Shown: in pieces, positions 63,301 through 64,000 of the stretch
How positions within the stretch are numbered: position 1 is the first letter of the stretch
How the letters are laid out: each line of letters starts with the position of its first letter
Assembly (NCBI RefSeq): GCF_018977255.1
Contig: NW_024704742.1
Location: forward strand, 111,664,001-111,728,000
Reading direction: 5' to 3'
From: Callorhinchus milii
Taxonomy: Eukaryota
Length of the DNA stretch: 64,000 nucleotides
Notes under the pieces: generated by a model
What the model was told of the DNA's origin: nothing
The model's input: the letters and a program-made list of their open reading frames with translations, nothing else
Databases searched by the model: none
Made by a program: the position numbers and the translations under genes

Positions 63301-64000
63301 ACCACAAAGCATGGAAGACTGACCACGTATTACTGAGCCACTGTTCCCTTATTTCATCTGTGCTGCAGTTGTTACCAGGGGAAAAGCTTGTGATTTCCTG
63401 CAAATTATACAAATGTGTCTAATGGTCAGTGGGATGGCACACACTCTCAAAGAGTATTAACTGTCACATACTTAGAAGGAGCCTTTCAACCTGGATACAC
63501 TGGGAAATTATACTAGGTTAATACATTCAGATTACTTTGGAAGATTACACTCAGTTTGGATCAAGCTGATCCCAACTGAATGCGATCTCCTAGCATTTAC
63601 ACTTGCCCCTGTCCTGACCCTGGTCACATGCCAAATAGGATTGACTTACCAAGCTGCTGCATGTTGAGGATTCCTCAGGGAGGATGGTGCTGGTTGCAGC
63701 CATCATTAACTGCAGTGAGAACATGGAAGCTTGGATCACAGTGAATTACTCTGTGCTGTTCAGACCGGAAATCTTATTTTGCAATGAATGTACTGGAGTT
63801 CTCTGGCATATCACAAGCAGCATTTTGTATTGGGAAATGAGTGAGAATTAGCAAAGGGATTAAGGGGACTGCTTCCTCGCTAAATGACCTTGCCAGTGGG
63901 AACTTCTAATCGAATTTTCCCTTTAAATTTAAGTAAATTCACTACACAGAGGCGCTTGACTGCCAAGGTCAGTAGGTTTACTGACCAACAGAGAATTACC

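Noticed and set aside
1..64000. CRISPR arrays, rRNA, operons or viral genes
   Set aside because: No regular repeat-spacer array, rRNA motif or long coding region; sequence is vertebrate repeat-rich DNA

Overview
AT-rich, transposon-dense vertebrate non-coding DNA (large intron or intergenic). The repeat inventory points to a cartilaginous fish, most likely a chimaera such as Callorhinchus; this taxon call is from recalled repeat families, not a search. I found no intact protein-coding gene. The recognisable ORFs are decayed transposon proteins: L2 and CR1 reverse transcriptase fragments, a Harbinger transposase fragment, and weaker Gypsy, RTE and L1/Tx1 remnants. Main repeats are a young tRNA-Ala-headed SINE (more than 15 copies, long and short forms), an older Deu-domain SINE, L2 and CR1 3' fragments, and Penelope-type inverted terminal repeats. 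Most notable observations: (1) a hammerhead ribozyme core at 42136-42159 in a Penelope-like inverted repeat; (2) an unclassified ~600-bp A-tailed retroposon in six copies; (3) a tRNA-Glu head fused directly to an L2 tail; (4) a 74-nt pre-miRNA-sized hairpin at 59283-59356; (5) a four-layer nested insertion bracketed by a 38-bp direct repeat; (6) a CpG-retaining CRE plus RFX X-box module at 3.5-3.95 kb. Repeat boundaries were set by eye and are approximate.
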